64,000 bases of DNA, taken from positions 7,068,001 through 7,132,000 of the forward strand of contig NC_092674.1 in assembly GCF_964355755.1 (NCBI RefSeq), in the 5' to 3' direction. The notes beneath the pieces are model-generated. The model made no database searches and was not told the origin of the DNA. It worked only from the letters and a program-made list of their open reading frames with translations. This DNA comes from Antedon mediterranea (lineage: Eukaryota > Animalia > Echinodermata). A program made the position numbers and the translations under genes. Positions 12,901 to 26,332 of this stretch are shown here, piece by piece. Every line of letters starts with the position of its first letter. Positions within the stretch are counted from its first letter, which is position 1.

Positions 12901-15900
12901 GGCGTTGGACTTAAGTTCCAATGGACGTATGTCCGCATGGGTTCGAACCCCATCCGTACTAATATTTTAATACAATTGTTTTTCCTATTTTTTATTTTTT
13001 ACAAATCGTATTTGTCAGTCAACTTCAAGGGAAAGTACGGTGGCCGAGTGGTTAAGGCGTTGGACTTAAGTTCCAATGGACGTATGTCCGCATGGGTTCG
13101 AACCCCATCCATACTAATATTTTAACACAATTGTTTTTCCTATTTTTAATTTTTTTCAAATCGTATTTGTCAGTCAACTTCAAGCGAAAGTACGGTGGCC
13201 GAGTTGTTAAGGCGTTGGACTTAAGTTCCAATGGACGTATGTCCGCATGGGTTCGAACCCCATCCGTACTAATATTTTAACCCCATTGTTTTTTTTTATA
13301 TTTTTTACTTGTTTACAAAATGTGTTCCCTAATCGAAAGCAAGCGCAAGTACGGTGGCTGACTGGTTAAGGCGTTGGACGTAAGTTCCAATGGACGTATG
13401 TCCGCATTGGTTCGAACCCCATCCGTACTAATATTTTAAAACCATTGTTTTTCCTATTTTTTATTGTTTACGGAATGTGCTTGTCAGTCGACAATAAGCC
13501 GAAGTACGGTGGCCGAGTGGTTAAGGCGTTGGACTTAAGTTCCAATGGACGTATGACCGCATGGGATCGAACCCCATCCGTACTAATATTTTAACCCCAT
13601 TGTTTTTCCTATTTTTTATTGTTTACGTAATGTGTTTGTCAGTCGACAATAAGCCGAAGTACGGTGGCCGAGTGGTTAAGGCGTTGGACTTAAGTTCCAA
13701 TGGACGTATGTCCGCATGGGTTCGAACCCCATCCGTACTAATATTTTAACCCCATTGTTTTTTTTTATATTTTTTACTTGTTTACGAAATGTGTTCCCTA
13801 ATCGAAAGCAAGCGCAAGTACGGTGGCTGACTGGTTAAGGCGTTGGACGTAAGTTCCAATGGACGTATGTCCGCATTGGTTCGAACCCCATCCGTACTAA
13901 TATTTTAAAACCATTGTTTTTCCTATTTTTTATTGTTTACGGAATGTGCTTGTCAGTCGACAATAAGCCGAAGTACGGTGGCCGAGTGGTTAAGGCGTTG
14001 GACTTAAGTTCCAATGGACGTATGACCGCATGGGATCGAACCCCATCCGTACTAATATTTTAACCCCATTGTTTTTCCTATTTTTTATTGTTTACGTAAT
14101 GTGTTTGTCAGTCGACAATAAGCCGAAGTACGGTGGCCGAGTGGTTAAGGCGTTGGACTTAAGTTCCAATGGACGTATGTCCGCATGGGTTCGAACCCCA
14201 TCCGTACTAATATTTTAACCCCATTGTTTTTCCTATTTTTTATTGTTTACGGAATGTGTTTGTCAGTCGACAATAAGACGAAGTACGGTGGCCGAGTGGT
14301 TTAGGCGTTGGACTTAAGTTCCAATGGACGTATGTCCGCATGGGTTTGAACCCCATCCGTACTAATATTTTAACCCCATTGTTTTTCCTATTTTTTATTG
14401 TTTACGGAATGTGTTTGTCAGTCGACAATAAGCCGAAGTACGGTGGCCGAGTGGTTAAGGCGTTGGACTTAAGTTCCAATGGACGTATGTCCGCATGGGT
14501 TCGAACCCCATCCGTACTAATATTTTAACCCCATTGTTTTTCCTATTTTTTATTGTTTACGGAATGTGTTTGTCAGTCGACAATAAGCCGAAGTACGGTG
14601 GCCGAGTGGTTAAGGCCTTGGACTTAAGTTCCAATGGACGTATGTCCGCATGGGTTCGAACCCATCCGTACTAATACTTTAACACAATGGTTTTTCCTAT
14701 TTTTAATTTTTTACAAATCGTATTTGTCAGTCAACTTCAAGGGAAAGTATGGTGGCCGAGTGGTTAAGGCGTTGGACTTAAGTTCCAATGGACGTATGTC
14801 CGCATGGGTTCGAACCCCATCCGTACTAATATTTTAACCCCATTGTTTTTCCTATTTTTTATTGTTTACGGAATGTGTTTGTCAGTCGATAATAAGCCGA
14901 AGTACGGTGGCCGAGTGGTTAAGGCGTTGGACTTAAGTTCCAATGGACGTATGTCCGCATGGGTTCGAACCCCATCCGTACTAATATTTTAATACAATTG
15001 TTTTTCCTATTTTTTATTTTTTACAAATCGTATTTGTCAGTCAACTTCAAGGGAAAGTACGGTGGCCGAGTGGTTAAGGCGTTGGACTTAAGTTCCAATG
15101 GACGTATGTCCGCATGGGTTCGAACCCCATCCGTACTAATATTTTAACACAATTGTTTTTCCTATTTTTAATTTTTTTCAAATCGTATTTGTCAGTCAAC
15201 TTCAAGCGAAAGTACGGTGGCCGAGTTGTTAAGGCGTTGGACTTAAGTTCCAATGGACGTATGTCCGCATGGGTTCGAACCCCATCCGTACTAATATTTT
15301 AACCCCATTGTTTTTTTTTATATTTTTTACTTGTTTACGAAATGTGTTCCCTAATCGAAAGCAAGCGCAAGTACGGTGGCTGACTGGTTAAGGCGTTGGA
15401 CGTAAGTTCCAATGGACGTATGTCCGCATTGGTTCGAACCCCATCCGTACTAATATTTTAAAACCATTGTTTTTCCTATTTTTTATTGTTTACGGAATGT
15501 GCTTGTCAGTCGACAATAAGCCGAAGTACGGTGGCCGAGTGGTTAAGGCGTTGGACTTAAGTTCCAATGGACGTATGACCGCATGGGATCGAACCCCATC
15601 CGTACTAATATTTTAACCCCATTGTTTTTCCTATTTTTTATTGTTTACGTAATGTGTTTGTCAGTCGACAATAAGCCGAAGTACGGTGGCCGAGTGGTTA
15701 AGGCGTTGGACTTAAGTTCCAATGGACGTATGTCCGCATGGGTTCGAACCCCATCCGTACTAATATTTTAACCCCATTGTTTTTCCTATTTTTTATTGTT
15801 TACGGAATGTGTTTGTCAGTCGACAATAAGACGAAGTACGGTGGCCGAGTGGTTTAGGCGTTGGACTTAAGTTCCAATGGACGTATGTCCGCATGGGTTT

Positions 15901-18900
15901 GAACCCCATCCGTACTAATATTTTAACCCCATTGTTTTTCCTATTTTTTATTGTTTACGGAATGTGTTTGTCAGTCGACAATAAGCCGAAGTACGGTGGC
16001 CGAGTGGTTAAGGCGTTGGACTTAAGTTCCAATGGACGTATGTCCGCATGGGTTCGAACCCCATCCGTACTAATATTTTAACCCCATTGTTTTTCCTATT
16101 TTTTATTGTTTACGGAATGTGTTTGTCAGTCGACAATAAGCCGAAGTACGGTGGCCGAGTGGTTAAGGCCTTGGACTTAAGTTCCAATGGACGTATGTCC
16201 GCATGGGTTCGAACCCATCCGTACTAATACTTTAACACAATGGTTTTTCCTATTTTTAATTTTTTACAAATCGTATTTGTCAGTCAACTTCAAGGGAAAG
16301 TATGGTGGCCGAGTGGTTAAGGCGTTGGACTTAAGTTCCAATGGACGTATGTCCGCATGGGTTCGAACCCCATCCGTACTAATATTTTAACCCCATTGTT
16401 TTTCCTATTTTTTATTGTTTACGGAATGTGTTTGTCAGTCGACAATAAGCCGAAGTACGGTGGCCGAGTGGTTAAGGCGTTGGACTTAAGTTCCAATGGA
16501 CGTATGTCCGCATGGGTTCGAACCCCATCCGTACTAATATTTTAATACAATTGTTTTTCCTATTTTTTATTTTTTACAAATCGTATTTGTCAGTCAACTT
16601 CAAGGGAAAGTACGGTGGCCGAGTGGTTAAGGCGTTGGACTTAAGTTCCAATGGACGTATGTCCGCATGGGTTCGAACCCCATCCATACTAATATTTTAA
16701 CACAATTGTTTTTCCTATTTTTAATTTTTTTCAAATCGTATTTGTCAGTCAACTTCAAGCGAAAGTACGGTGGCCGAGTTGTTAAGGCGTTGGACTTAAG
16801 TTCCAATGGACGTATGTCCGCATGGGTTCGAACCCCATCCGTACTAATATTTTAACCCCATTGTTTTTTTTTATATTTTTTACTTGTTTACAAAATGTGT
16901 TCCCTAATCGAAAGCAAGCGCAAGTACGGTGGCTGACTGGTTAAGGCGTTGGACGTAAGTTCCAATGGACGTATGTCCGCATTGGTTCGAACCCCATCCG
17001 TACTAATATTTTAAAACCATTGTTTTTCCTATTTTTTATTGTTTACGGAATGTGCTTGTCAGTCGACAATAAGCCGAAGTACGGTGGCCGAGTGGTTAAG
17101 GCGTTGGACTTAAGTTCCAATGGACGTATGACCGCATGGGATCGAACCCCATCCGTACTAATATTTTAACCCCATTGTTTTTCCTATTTTTTATTGTTTA
17201 CGTAATGTGTTTGTCAGTCGACAATAAGACGAAGTACGGTGGCCGAGTGGTTTAGGCCTTGGACTTAAGTTCCAATGGACGTATGTCCGCATGGGTTCGA
17301 ACCCATCCGTACTAATAATCTAACACAATGGTTTTTCCTATTTTTAATTTTTTACAAATCGTATTTGTCAGTCAACTTCAAGGGAAAGTATGGTGGCCGA
17401 GTGGTTAAGGCGTTGGACTTAAGTTCCAATGGACGTATGTCCGCATGGGTTCGAACCCCATCCGTACTAATATTTTAACCCCATTGTTTTTCCTATTTTT
17501 TATTGTTTACCGAATGTGTTTGTCAGTCGACAATAAGCCGAAGTACGGTGGCCGAGTGGTTAAGGCGTTGGACTTAAGTTCCAATGGACGTATGTCCGCA
17601 TGGGTTCGAACCCCATCCGTACTAATATTTTAATACAATTGTTTTTCCTATTTTTTATTTTTTTACAAATCGTATTTGTCAGTCAACTTCAAGGGAAAGT
17701 ACGGTGGCCGAGTGGTTAAGGCGTTGGACTTAAGTTCCAATGGACGTATGTCCGCATGGGTTCGAACCCCATCCGTACTAATATTTTAACACAATTGTTT
17801 TTCCTATTTTTAATTTTTTACAAATCGTATTTGTCAGTCAACTTCAAGCGAAAGTACGGTGGCCGAGTTGTTAAGGCGTTGGACTTAAGTTCCAATGGAC
17901 GTATGTCCGCATGGGTTCGAACCCCATCCGTACTAATATTTTAACCCCATTGTTTTTTTTTATATTTTTTACTTGTTTACGAAATGTGTTCCCTAATCGA
18001 AAGCAAGCGCAAGTACGGTGGCTGACTGGTTAAGGCGTTGGACGTAAGTTCCAATGGACGTATGTCCGCATTGGTTCGAACCCCATCCGTACTAATATTT
18101 TAAAACCATTGTTTTTCCTATTTTTTATTGTTTACGGAATGTGCTTGTCAGTCGACAATAAGCCGAAGTACGGTGGCCGAGTGGTTAAGGCGTTGGACTT
18201 AAGTTCCAATGGACGTATGACCGCATGGGATCGAACCCCATCCGTACTAATATTTTAACCCCATTGTTTTTCCTATTTTTTATTGTTTACGTAATGTGTT
18301 TGTCAGTCGACAATAAGCCGAAGTACGGTGGCCGAGTGGTTAAGGCGTTGGACTTAAGTTCCAATGGACGTATGTCCGCATGGGTTCGAACCCCATCCGT
18401 ACTAATATTTTAACCCCATTGTTTTTCCTATTTTTTATTGTTTACGGAATGTGTTTGTCAGTCGACAATAAGACGAAGTACGGTGGCCGAGTGGTTTAGG
18501 CGTTGGACTTAAGTTCCAATGGACGTATGTCCGCATGGGTTTGAACCCCATCCGTACTAATATTTTAACCCCATTGTTTTTCCTATTTTTTATTGTTTAC
18601 GGAATGTGTTTGTCAGTCGACAATAAGCCGAAGTACGGTGGCCGAGTGGTTAAGGCGTTGGACTTAAGTTCCAATGGACGTATGTCCGCATGGGTTCGAA
18701 CCCCATCCGTACTAATATTTTAACCCCATTGTTTTTCCTATTTTTTATTGTTTACGGAATGTGTTTGTCAGTCGACAATAAGCCGAAGTACGGTGGCCGA
18801 GTGGTTAAGGCCTTGGACTTAAGTTCCAATGGACGTATGTCCGCATGGGTTCGAACCCATCCGTACTAATACTTTAACACAATGGTTTTTCCTATTTTTA

Positions 18901-21900
18901 ATTTTTTACAAATCGTATTTGTCAGTCAACTTCAAGGGAAAGTATGGTGGCCGAGTGGTTAAGGCGTTGGACTTAAGTTCCAATGGACGTATGTCCGCAT
19001 GGGTTCGAACCCCATCCGTACTAATATTTTAACCCCATTGTTTTTCCTATTTTTTATTGTTTACGGAATGTGTTTGTCAGTCGACAATAAGCCGAAGTAC
19101 GGTGGCCGAGTGGTTAAGGCGTTGGACTTAAGTTCCAATGGACGTATGTCCGCATGGGTTCGAACCCCATCCGTACTAATATTTTAATACAATTGTTTTT
19201 CCTATTTTTTATTTTTTACAAATCGTATTTGTCAGTCAACTTCAAGGGAAAGTACGGTGGCCGAGTGGTTAAGGCGTTGGACTTAAGTTCCAATGGACGT
19301 ATGTCCGCATGGGTTCGAACCCCATCCATACTAATATTTTAACACAATTGTTTTTCCTATTTTTAATTTTTTTCAAATCGTATTTGTCAGTCAACTTCAA
19401 GCGAAAGTACGGTGGCCGAGTTGTTAAGGCGTTGGACTTAAGTTCCAATGGACGTATGTCCGCATGGGTTCGAACCCCATCCGTACTAATATTTTAACCC
19501 CATTGTTTTTTTTTATATTTTTTACTTGTTTACAAAATGTGTTCCCTAATCGAAAGCAAGCGCAAGTACGGTGGCTGACTGGTTAAGGCGTTGGACGTAA
19601 GTTCCAATGGACGTATGTCCGCATTGGTTCGAACCCCATCCGTACTAATATTTTAAAACCATTGTTTTTCCTATTTTTTATTGTTTACGGAATGTGCTTG
19701 TCAGTCGACAATAAGCCGAAGTACGGTGGCCGAGTGGTTAAGGCGTTGGACTTAAGTTCCAATGGACGTATGACCGCATGGGATCGAACCCCATCCGTAC
19801 TAATATTTTAACCCCATTGTTTTTCCTATTTTTTATTGTTTACGTAATGTGTTTGTCAGTCGACAATAAGCCGAAGTACGGTGGCCGAGTGGTTAAGGCG
19901 TTGGACTTAAGTTCCAATGGACGTATGTCCGCATGGGTTCGAACCCCATCCGTACTAATATTTTAACCCCATTGTTTTTTTTTATATTTTTTACTTGTTT
20001 ACGAAATGTGTTCCCTAATCGAAAGCAAGCGCAAGTACGGTGGCTGACTGGTTAAGGCGTTGGACGTAAGTTCCAATGGACGTATGTCCGCATTGGTTCG
20101 AACCCCATCCGTACTAATATTTTAAAACCATTGTTTTTCCTATTTTTTATTGTTTACGGAATGTGCTTGTCAGTCGACAATAAGCCGAAGTACGGTGGCC
20201 GAGTGGTTAAGGCGTTGGACTTAAGTTCCAATGGACGTATGACCGCATGGGATCGAACCCCATCCGTACTAATATTTTAACCCCATTGTTTTTCCTATTT
20301 TTTATTGTTTACGTAATGTGTTTGTCAGTCGACAATAAGCCGAAGTACGGTGGCCGAGTGGTTAAGGCGTTGGACTTAAGTTCCAATGGACGTATGTCCG
20401 CATGGGTTCGAACCCCATCCGTACTAATATTTTAACCCCATTGTTTTTCCTATTTTTTATTGTTTACGGAATGTGTTTGTCAGTCGACAATAAGACGAAG
20501 TACGGTGGCCGAGTGGTTTAGGCGTTGGACTTAAGTTCCAATGGACGTATGTCCGCATGGGTTTGAACCCCATCCGTACTAATATTTTAACCCCATTGTT
20601 TTTCCTATTTTTTATTGTTTACGGAATGTGTTTGTCAGTCGACAATAAGCCGAAGTACGGTGGCCGAGTGGTTAAGGCGTTGGACTTAAGTTCCAATGGA
20701 CGTATGTCCGCATGGGTTCGAACCCCATCCGTACTAATATTTTAACCCCATTGTTTTTCCTATTTTTTATTGTTTACGGAATGTGTTTGTCAGTCGACAA
20801 TAAGCCGAAGTACGGTGGCCGAGTGGTTAAGGCCTTGGACTTAAGTTCCAATGGACGTATGTCCGCATGGGTTCGAACCCATCCGTACTAATACTTTAAC
20901 ACAATGGTTTTTCCTATTTTTAATTTTTTACAAATCGTATTTGTCAGTCAACTTCAAGGGAAAGTATGGTGGCCGAGTGGTTAAGGCGTTGGACTTAAGT
21001 TCCAATGGACGTATGTCCGCATGGGTTCGAACCCCATCCGTACTAATATTTTAACCCCATTGTTTTTCCTATTTTTTATTGTTTACGGAATGTGTTTGTC
21101 AGTCGATAATAAGCCGAAGTACGGTGGCCGAGTGGTTAAGGCGTTGGACTTAAGTTCCAATGGACGTATGTCCGCATGGGTTCGAACCCCATCCGTACTA
21201 ATATTTTAATACAATTGTTTTTCCTATTTTTTATTTTTTACAAATCGTATTTGTCAGTCAACTTCAAGGGAAAGTACGGTGGCCGAGTGGTTAAGGCGTT
21301 GGACTTAAGTTCCAATGGACGTATGTCCGCATGGGTTCGAACCCCATCCGTACTAATATTTTAACACAATTGTTTTTCCTATTTTTAATTTTTTTCAAAT
21401 CGTATTTGTCAGTCAACTTCAAGCGAAAGTACGGTGGCCGAGTTGTTAAGGCGTTGGACTTAAGTTCCAATGGACGTATGTCCGCATGGGTTCGAACCCC
21501 ATCCGTACTAATATTTTAACCCCATTGTTTTTTTTTATATTTTTTACTTGTTTACGAAATGTGTTCCCTAATCGAAAGCAAGCGCAAGTACGGTGGCTGA
21601 CTGGTTAAGGCGTTGGACGTAAGTTCCAATGGACGTATGTCCGCATTGGTTCGAACCCCATCCGTACTAATATTTTAAAACCATTGTTTTTCCTATTTTT
21701 TATTGTTTACGGAATGTGCTTGTCAGTCGACAATAAGCCGAAGTACGGTGGCCGAGTGGTTAAGGCGTTGGACTTAAGTTCCAATGGACGTATGACCGCA
21801 TGGGATCGAACCCCATCCGTACTAATATTTTAACCCCATTGTTTTTCCTATTTTTTATTGTTTACGTAATGTGTTTGTCAGTCGACAATAAGCCGAAGTA

Positions 21901-24900
21901 CGGTGGCCGAGTGGTTAAGGCGTTGGACTTAAGTTCCAATGGACGTATGTCCGCATGGGTTCGAACCCCATCCGTACTAATATTTTAACCCCATTGTTTT
22001 TCCTATTTTTTATTGTTTACGGAATGTGTTTGTCAGTCGACAATAAGACGAAGTACGGTGGCCGAGTGGTTTAGGCGTTGGACTTAAGTTCCAATGGACG
22101 TATGTCCGCATGGGTTTGAACCCCATCCGTACTAATATTTTAACCCCATTGTTTTTCCTATTTTTTATTGTTTACGGAATGTGTTTGTCAGTCGACAATA
22201 AGCCGAAGTACGGTGGCCGAGTGGTTAAGGCGTTGGACTTAAGTTCCAATGGACGTATGTCCGCATGGGTTCGAACCCCATCCGTACTAATATTTTAACC
22301 CCATTGTTTTTCCTATTTTTTATTGTTTACGGAATGTGTTTGTCAGTCGAAAATAAGCCGAAGTACGGTGGCCGAGTGGTTAAGGCCTTGGACTTAAGTT
22401 CCAATGGACGTATGTCCGCATGGGTTCGAACCCATCCGTACTAATACTTTAACACAATGGTTTTTCCTATTTTTAATTTTTTACAAATCGTATTTGTCAG
22501 TCAACTTCAAGGGAAAGTATGGTGGCCGAGTGGTTAAGGCGTTGGACTTAAGTTCCAATGGACGTATGTCCGCATGGGTTCGAACCCCATCCGTACTAAT
22601 ATTTTAACCCCATTGTTTTTCCTATTTTTTATTGTTTACGGAATGTGTTTGTCAGTCGACAATAAGCCGAAGTACGGTGGCCGAGTGGTTAAGGCGTTGG
22701 ACTTAAGTTCCAATGGACGTATGTCCGCATGGGTTCGAACCCCATCCGTACTAATATTTTAACCCCATTGTTTTTCCTATTTTTTATTGTTTACGGAATG
22801 TGTTTGTCAGTCGACAATAAGACGAAGTACGGTGGCCGAGTGGTTTAGGCGTTGGACTTAAGTTCCAATGGACGTATGTCCGCATGGGTTTGAACCCCAT
22901 CCGTACTAATATTTTAACCCCATTGTTTTTCCTATTTTTTATTGTTTACGGAATGTGTTTGTCAGTCGACAATAAGCCGAAGTACGGTGGCCGAGTGGTT
23001 AAGGCGTTGGACTTAAGTTCCAATGGACGTATGTCCGCATGGGTTCGAACCCCATCCGTACTAATATTTTAACCCCATTGTTTTTCCTATTTTTTATTGT
23101 TTACGGAATGTGTTTGTCAGTCGACAATAAGCCGAAGTACGGTGGCCGAGTGGTTAAGGCCTTGGACTTAAGTTCCAATGGACGTATGTCCGCATGGGTT
23201 CGAACCCATCCGTACTAATACTTTAACACAATGGTTTTTCCTATTTTTAATTTTTTACAAATCGTATTTGTCAGTCAACTTCAAGGGAAAGTATGGTGGC
23301 CGAGTGGTTAAGGCGTTGGACTTAAGTTCCAATGGACGTATGTCCGCATGGGTTCGAACCCCATCCGTACTAATATTTTAACCCCATTGTTTTTCCTATT
23401 TTTTATTGTTTACGGAATGTGTTTGTCAGTCGACAATAAGCCGAAGTACGGTGGCCGAGTGGTTAAGGCGTTGGACTTAAGTTCCAATGGACGTATGTCC
23501 GCATGGGTTCGAACCCCATCCGTACTAATATTTTAATACAATTGTTTTTCCTATTTTCTATTTTTTACAAATCGTATTTGTCAGTCAACTTCAAGGGAAA
23601 GTACGGTGGCCGAGTGGTTAAGGCGTTGGACTTAAGTTCCAATGGACGTATGTCCGCATGGGTTCGAACCCCATCCGTACTAATATTTTAACACAATTGT
23701 TTTTCCTATTTTTAATTTTTTTCAAATCGTATTTGTCAGTCAACTTCAAGCGAAAGTACGGTGGCCGAGTTGTTAAGGTGTTGGACTTAAGTTCCAATGG
23801 ACGTATGTCCGCATGGGTTCGAACCCCATCCGTACTAATATTTTAACCCCATTGTTTTTTTTTATATTTTTTACTTGTTTACGAAATGTGTTCCCTAATC
23901 GAAAGCAAGCGCAAGTACGGTGGCTGACTGGTTAAGGCGTTGGACGTAAGTTCCAATGGACGTATGTCCGCATTGGTTCGAACCCCATCCGTACTAATAT
24001 TTTAAAACCATTGTTTTTCCTATTTTTTATTGTTTACGGAATGTGCTTGTCAGTCGACAATAAGCCGAAGTACGGTGGCCGAGTGGTTAAGGCGTTGGAC
24101 TTAAGTTCCAATGGACGTATGACCGCATGGGATCGAACCCCATCCGTACTAATATTTTAACCCCATTGTTTTTCCTATTTTTTATTGTTTACGTAATGTG
24201 TTTGTCAGTCGACAATAAGCCGAAGTACGGTGGCCGAGTGGTTAAGGCGTTGGACTTAAGTTCCAATGGACGTATGTCCGCATGGGTTCGAACCCCATCC
24301 GTACTAATATTTTAACCCCATTGTTTTTCCTATTTTTTATTGTTTACGGAATGTGTTTGTCAGTCGACAATAAGACGAAGTACGGTGGCCGAGTGGTTTA
24401 GGCGTTGGACTTAAGTTCCAATGGACGTATGTCCGCATGGGTTTGAACCCCATCCGTACTAATATTTTAACCCCATTGTTTTTCCTATTTTTTATTGTTT
24501 ACGGAATGTGTTTGTCAGTCGACAATAAGCCGAAGTACGGTGGCCGAGTGGTTAAGGCGTTGGACTTAAGTTCCAATGGACGTATGTCCGCATGGGTTCG
24601 AACCCCATCCGTACTAATATTTTAACCCCATTGTTTTTCCTATTTTTTATTGTTTACGGAATGTGTTTGTCAGTCGACAATAAGCCGAAGTACGGTGGCC
24701 GAGTGGTTAAGGCCTTGGACTTAAGTTCCAATGGACGTATGTCCGCATGGGTTCGAACCCATCCGTACTAATACTTTAACACAATGGTTTTTCCTATTTT
24801 TAATTTTTTACAAATCGTATTTGTCAGTCAACTTCAAGGGAAAGTATGGTGGCCGAGTGGTTAAGGCGTTGGACTTAAGTTCCAATGGACGTATGTCCGC

Positions 24901-26241
24901 ATCGATTCCAACCCAATCCCTACTAATATTTTAAAACCATTGTTTTTCCTATTTTTTATTGTTTACGGAATGTGTTTGTCAGTCGACAATAAGCCGAAGT
25001 ACGGTGGCCGAGTGGTTAAGGCGTTGGACTTAAGTTCCAATGGACGTATGTCCGCATGGGTTTGAACCCCATCCGTACTAACATTTTAACACAATTGTTT
25101 TTCCTATTTTTAATTTTTTACAAATCGTATTTGTCAGTCACCTTCAAGGGAAAGTACGGTGGCCGAGTGGTTAAGGCGTTGGACTTAAGTTCCAATGGAC
25201 GTATGTCCGCATGGGTTCGAACCCCATCCGTACTAATATTTTAACCCCATTGTTTTTCCTATTTTTTATTGTTTACGGAATGTGTTTGTCAGTCGAGAAT
25301 AAGCCGAAGTACGGTGGCCGAGTGGTTAAGGCGTTGGACTTAAGTTCCAATGGACGTATGTCCGCATGAATTCGAACCCCATCCGTACTAATATTTTAAC
25401 CCCATTGTTTTTCCTATTTTTAATTTTTTACAAATCGTATTTGTCAGTCAACTTCAAGCAAAAGTACGGTGGCCGAGTGGTTAAGGCGTTGGACTTAAGT
25501 TCCAATGGACGTATGTCCGCATCGATTCCAACCCAATCCCTACTAATATTTTAAATCAATATTATCCATTTTTGATAATTGTTTATGAAATGTGTTTGTC
25601 AACAACTAACAAGCACAAGTACGGTGGCCGAGTGGTTAAGGCGTTGGACTTAAGTTCCAATGGACGTATGTCCGCATTGGTTCGAACCCCATCCGTACTA
25701 ATATTTTAAAACCATTGTTTTTCCTATTTTTTATTGTTTACGGAATGTGTTTGTCAGTCGACAATAAGCCGAAGTACGGTGGCCGAGTGGTTAAGGCGTT
25801 GGACTTAAGTTCCAATGGACGTATGTCCGCATGGGTTCGAACCCCATCCATACTAATATTTTAATACAATTGTTTTTCCTATTTTTTATTTTTTACAAAT
25901 CGTATTTGTCAGTCAACTTCAAGGGAAAGTACGGTGGCCGAGTGGTTAAGGCGTTGGACTTAAGTTCCAATGGACGTATGTCCGCATGGGTTCGAACCCC
26001 ATCCGTACTAATATTTTAACACAATTGTTTTTCCTATTTTTAATTTTTTACAAATCGTATTTGTCAGTCAACTTCAAGCGAAAGTACGGTGGCCGAGTGG
26101 TTAAGGCGTTGGACTTAAGTTCCAATGGACATATGTCCGCATGGGTTCGAACCCCATCCGTACTAATATTTTAACCCCATTGTTTTTTTTTATATTTTTT
26201 ACTTGTTTACGAAATGTGTTCCCTAATCGAAAGCAAGCGCA

Positions 26242-26332
26242 AGTACGGTGGCTGACTGGTTAAGGCGTTGGACTTTAGTTCCAATGGCCCAATGGACGTA
26301 TGTCCGCATTGGTTCGAACCCCATCCGTACTA
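26242..26332 (+). pseudogene. tRNA-Leu-derived copy with TTA anticodon (ochre-suppressor-like) and 8-nt insertion
   Basis: Anticodon arm TTGGA-CTTTAGT-TCCAA. Duplicated CCAATGG at the variable arm, plus D-arm (gctgactgg) and T-stem (attgg) changes. Confidence 0.8.
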
